A program made the position numbers and the translations under genes. This document shows positions 62,448 to 64,000 of a stretch of 64,000 nucleotides of DNA, one piece after another (within the stretch, counting starts at the first letter, position 1; every line of letters begins with the position of its first letter). Under the pieces are notes generated by a model that saw only the letters and a program-made list of their open reading frames with translations, was not told the origin of the DNA and searched no databases. Source of the DNA: Eukaryota sp. GEM-RC1 (lineage: Eukaryota); contig JAUFOQ010000001.1 in the NCBI GenBank assembly GCA_040285855.1, positions 2,728,001-2,792,000 of the forward strand, read 5' to 3'.

Positions 62448-63755
62448 ATGTTAAATAACTTGTTTCCTCAGTTAGTTCATGCAATTAACTCAGCCTCTGG
62501 TAACCCTGGCATTTTCATAGCCAGTAGTGGTGGTAGCAATGCCTCTAGTGCCCTCACATCAGTCTATGGCACTTCCAAATCCTTCTTGGGCAGCTTCTGT
62601 GGCTATCACCAGCAACTAACCAACTCCTTTCTTGGCTTCTCAGCTACAACCTATTCCTCCTATCAAATGGCATTTGATTTGATCACTGCATCTCTTCGCT
62701 ATCTTATCAAAGCTCTTCCAGATCATCCTTCTTTTCTCCCATGTGGAGTATGTGCTGCTCTAGCCACTAATCCTCCTAGGCGTGGTTCGGACCGCGCCTT
62801 CATTTCAATATATTCCACCAACTCTTCCTCGCTCCATCTTTCCTACATTGAGTTTAAACCCTTTGAATCTTCTTCCATTGAAGAACGTAGAAAGTCTCAA
62901 GAAGATATTGTAACAGCCATTACCCTCAACTCCATTGCTCTCGTTTCACGTGTTTCTTCTGATCATCTTATACCCGAATCTATCCTTCAAAGCATACTTC
63001 CCTTTGAGATTAAGACAACGCAATACCAATTTCACCCGCAACTTTCTTCATCTGTTTCACTACTTAATTCCCGACATCTTGTTGTATATCCTAAGGACAA
63101 CATTTCAAAACCTCGCTTTATTCTTGACCATCGGTTTACCTTCCCCTCTGAATTCGCTCTTTTCTGTGGATCATTTAATCCCTTGCACTTGGGTCACGTC
63201 ATGTTGATTGATCGTCTTCAATCAACAGTCAAAATCCCTTGTTTTGCTGAGTTGACAGCTGTCAATGCTGATAAGGGAGTTATAGATGATGACGTGTTAA
63301 AGACTCGACTGGAACAGTTTTCAAGGGAGAGTTTAGCCACAATGTTCAATAATGAAAAGAGTAATGAAAATTTAAATTTTGATGAGTTTGATGCTCTGTT
63401 TCCCGGTGTGTTTGTGAATGTTTTCCCAACATTTGAACAAAAGACTAAGTTCATTTTGTCAATCAAAAAAGATTGGAAACCGGTGTTTGTTGTTGGATAT
63501 GATACGGCGATTCGAATCGTAAATTCCAAATATTATGATAGTTTTGAAAAAATGCAGGAAATGATTGACTGGTTTGTTTCATTGTCTGCTAAGTTCTTTG
63601 TTGCTGGACGTTTAGTCCATGGATTATTTAAAAAATGGTCAGATGATGACGTTTCTCATTTACCAAATGCTTGTAAGTTATTCTTGTCTTTGGATGATTT
63701 CAGATTTGACCTTTCTTCTTCTGAACTTCGGAGGCAAAAAGAGAATGTATTGTAG
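62448..63755 (+). CDS. Nucleotidyltransferase (NMNAT/cytidyltransferase-like) with N-terminal CinA-like domain
   Basis: GSFNPLHLGH (HxGH), NADKG, VVGYDTAIRI, FFVAGR, SSSELR; N-terminal SGGSNA..GTSKSFL. Confidence 0.8.
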   Translation: MLNNLFPQLVHAINSASGNPGIFIASSGGSNASSALTSVYGTSKSFLGSFCGYHQQLTNSFLGFSATTYSSYQMAFDLITASLRYLIKALPDHPSFLPCGVCAALATNPPRRGSDRAFISIYSTNSSSLHLSYIEFKPFESSSIEERRKSQEDIVTAITLNSIALVSRVSSDHLIPESILQSILPFEIKTTQYQFHPQLSSSVSLLNSRHLVVYPKDNISKPRFILDHRFTFPSEFALFCGSFNPLHLGHVMLIDRLQSTVKIPCFAELTAVNADKGVIDDDVLKTRLEQFSRESLATMFNNEKSNENLNFDEFDALFPGVFVNVFPTFEQKTKFILSIKKDWKPVFVVGYDTAIRIVNSKYYDSFEKMQEMIDWFVSLSAKFFVAGRLVHGLFKKWSDDDVSHLPNACKLFLSLDDFRFDLSSSELRRQKENVL

Positions 63756-64000
63756 AGATGGTTTGTAGTTGAAAGTGAAGGTCTAGATAGCTGAGATAAA
63801 CCCTAATTAAACGAAAACCTCTTATTCATGACAGTTCGTAATTAGTTGGGACATCTTCTGAAAATAGACGGAACATATCAGGATCATATAATGACGATGT
63901 TTTGTAAACATGTTTACATAATTTAATTACTGTATTGATAATGGATGGAATCATGCATTCCCTTGTTTTGTGGGACATTGGATTTACAGTAATTTCAAGT

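Overview
AT-rich, gene-dense DNA from a microbial eukaryote (inferred from 26-35 nt GT-AG introns, ALG10, a SAC3/GANP gene and BTB/LRR families). Frequent single-base indels in homopolymer runs suggest a long-read assembly. The left third holds two tandem hybrid histidine kinase genes whose phospho-His H-box is assembled from 7-nt and 10-nt microexons. It also holds two near-identical, oppositely oriented Ty3/Gypsy-type retrotransposons with only 91-bp TG..TA LTRs, 4-bp TSDs, no tRNA primer site and a PPT inside the last pol codons. One copy interrupts the C-terminus of kinase 2. The other sits inside a hAT element inserted at the ALG10 start codon. The remainder contains ALG10, a COG6-like gene, BTB-coil-SPRY and RING-kinase-coil-SPRY paralogs with hypervariable SPRY loops, three LRR-family genes, a ThrE transporter, an HGSNAT-catalytic (DUF1624)-like gene, a permuted papain-like protein, a SAC3/GANP gene, a CinA-like/NMNAT gene, several MITEs with verified TIRs and TSDs, and retroelement relics. 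All calls come from manual motif reading; no database searches were run.
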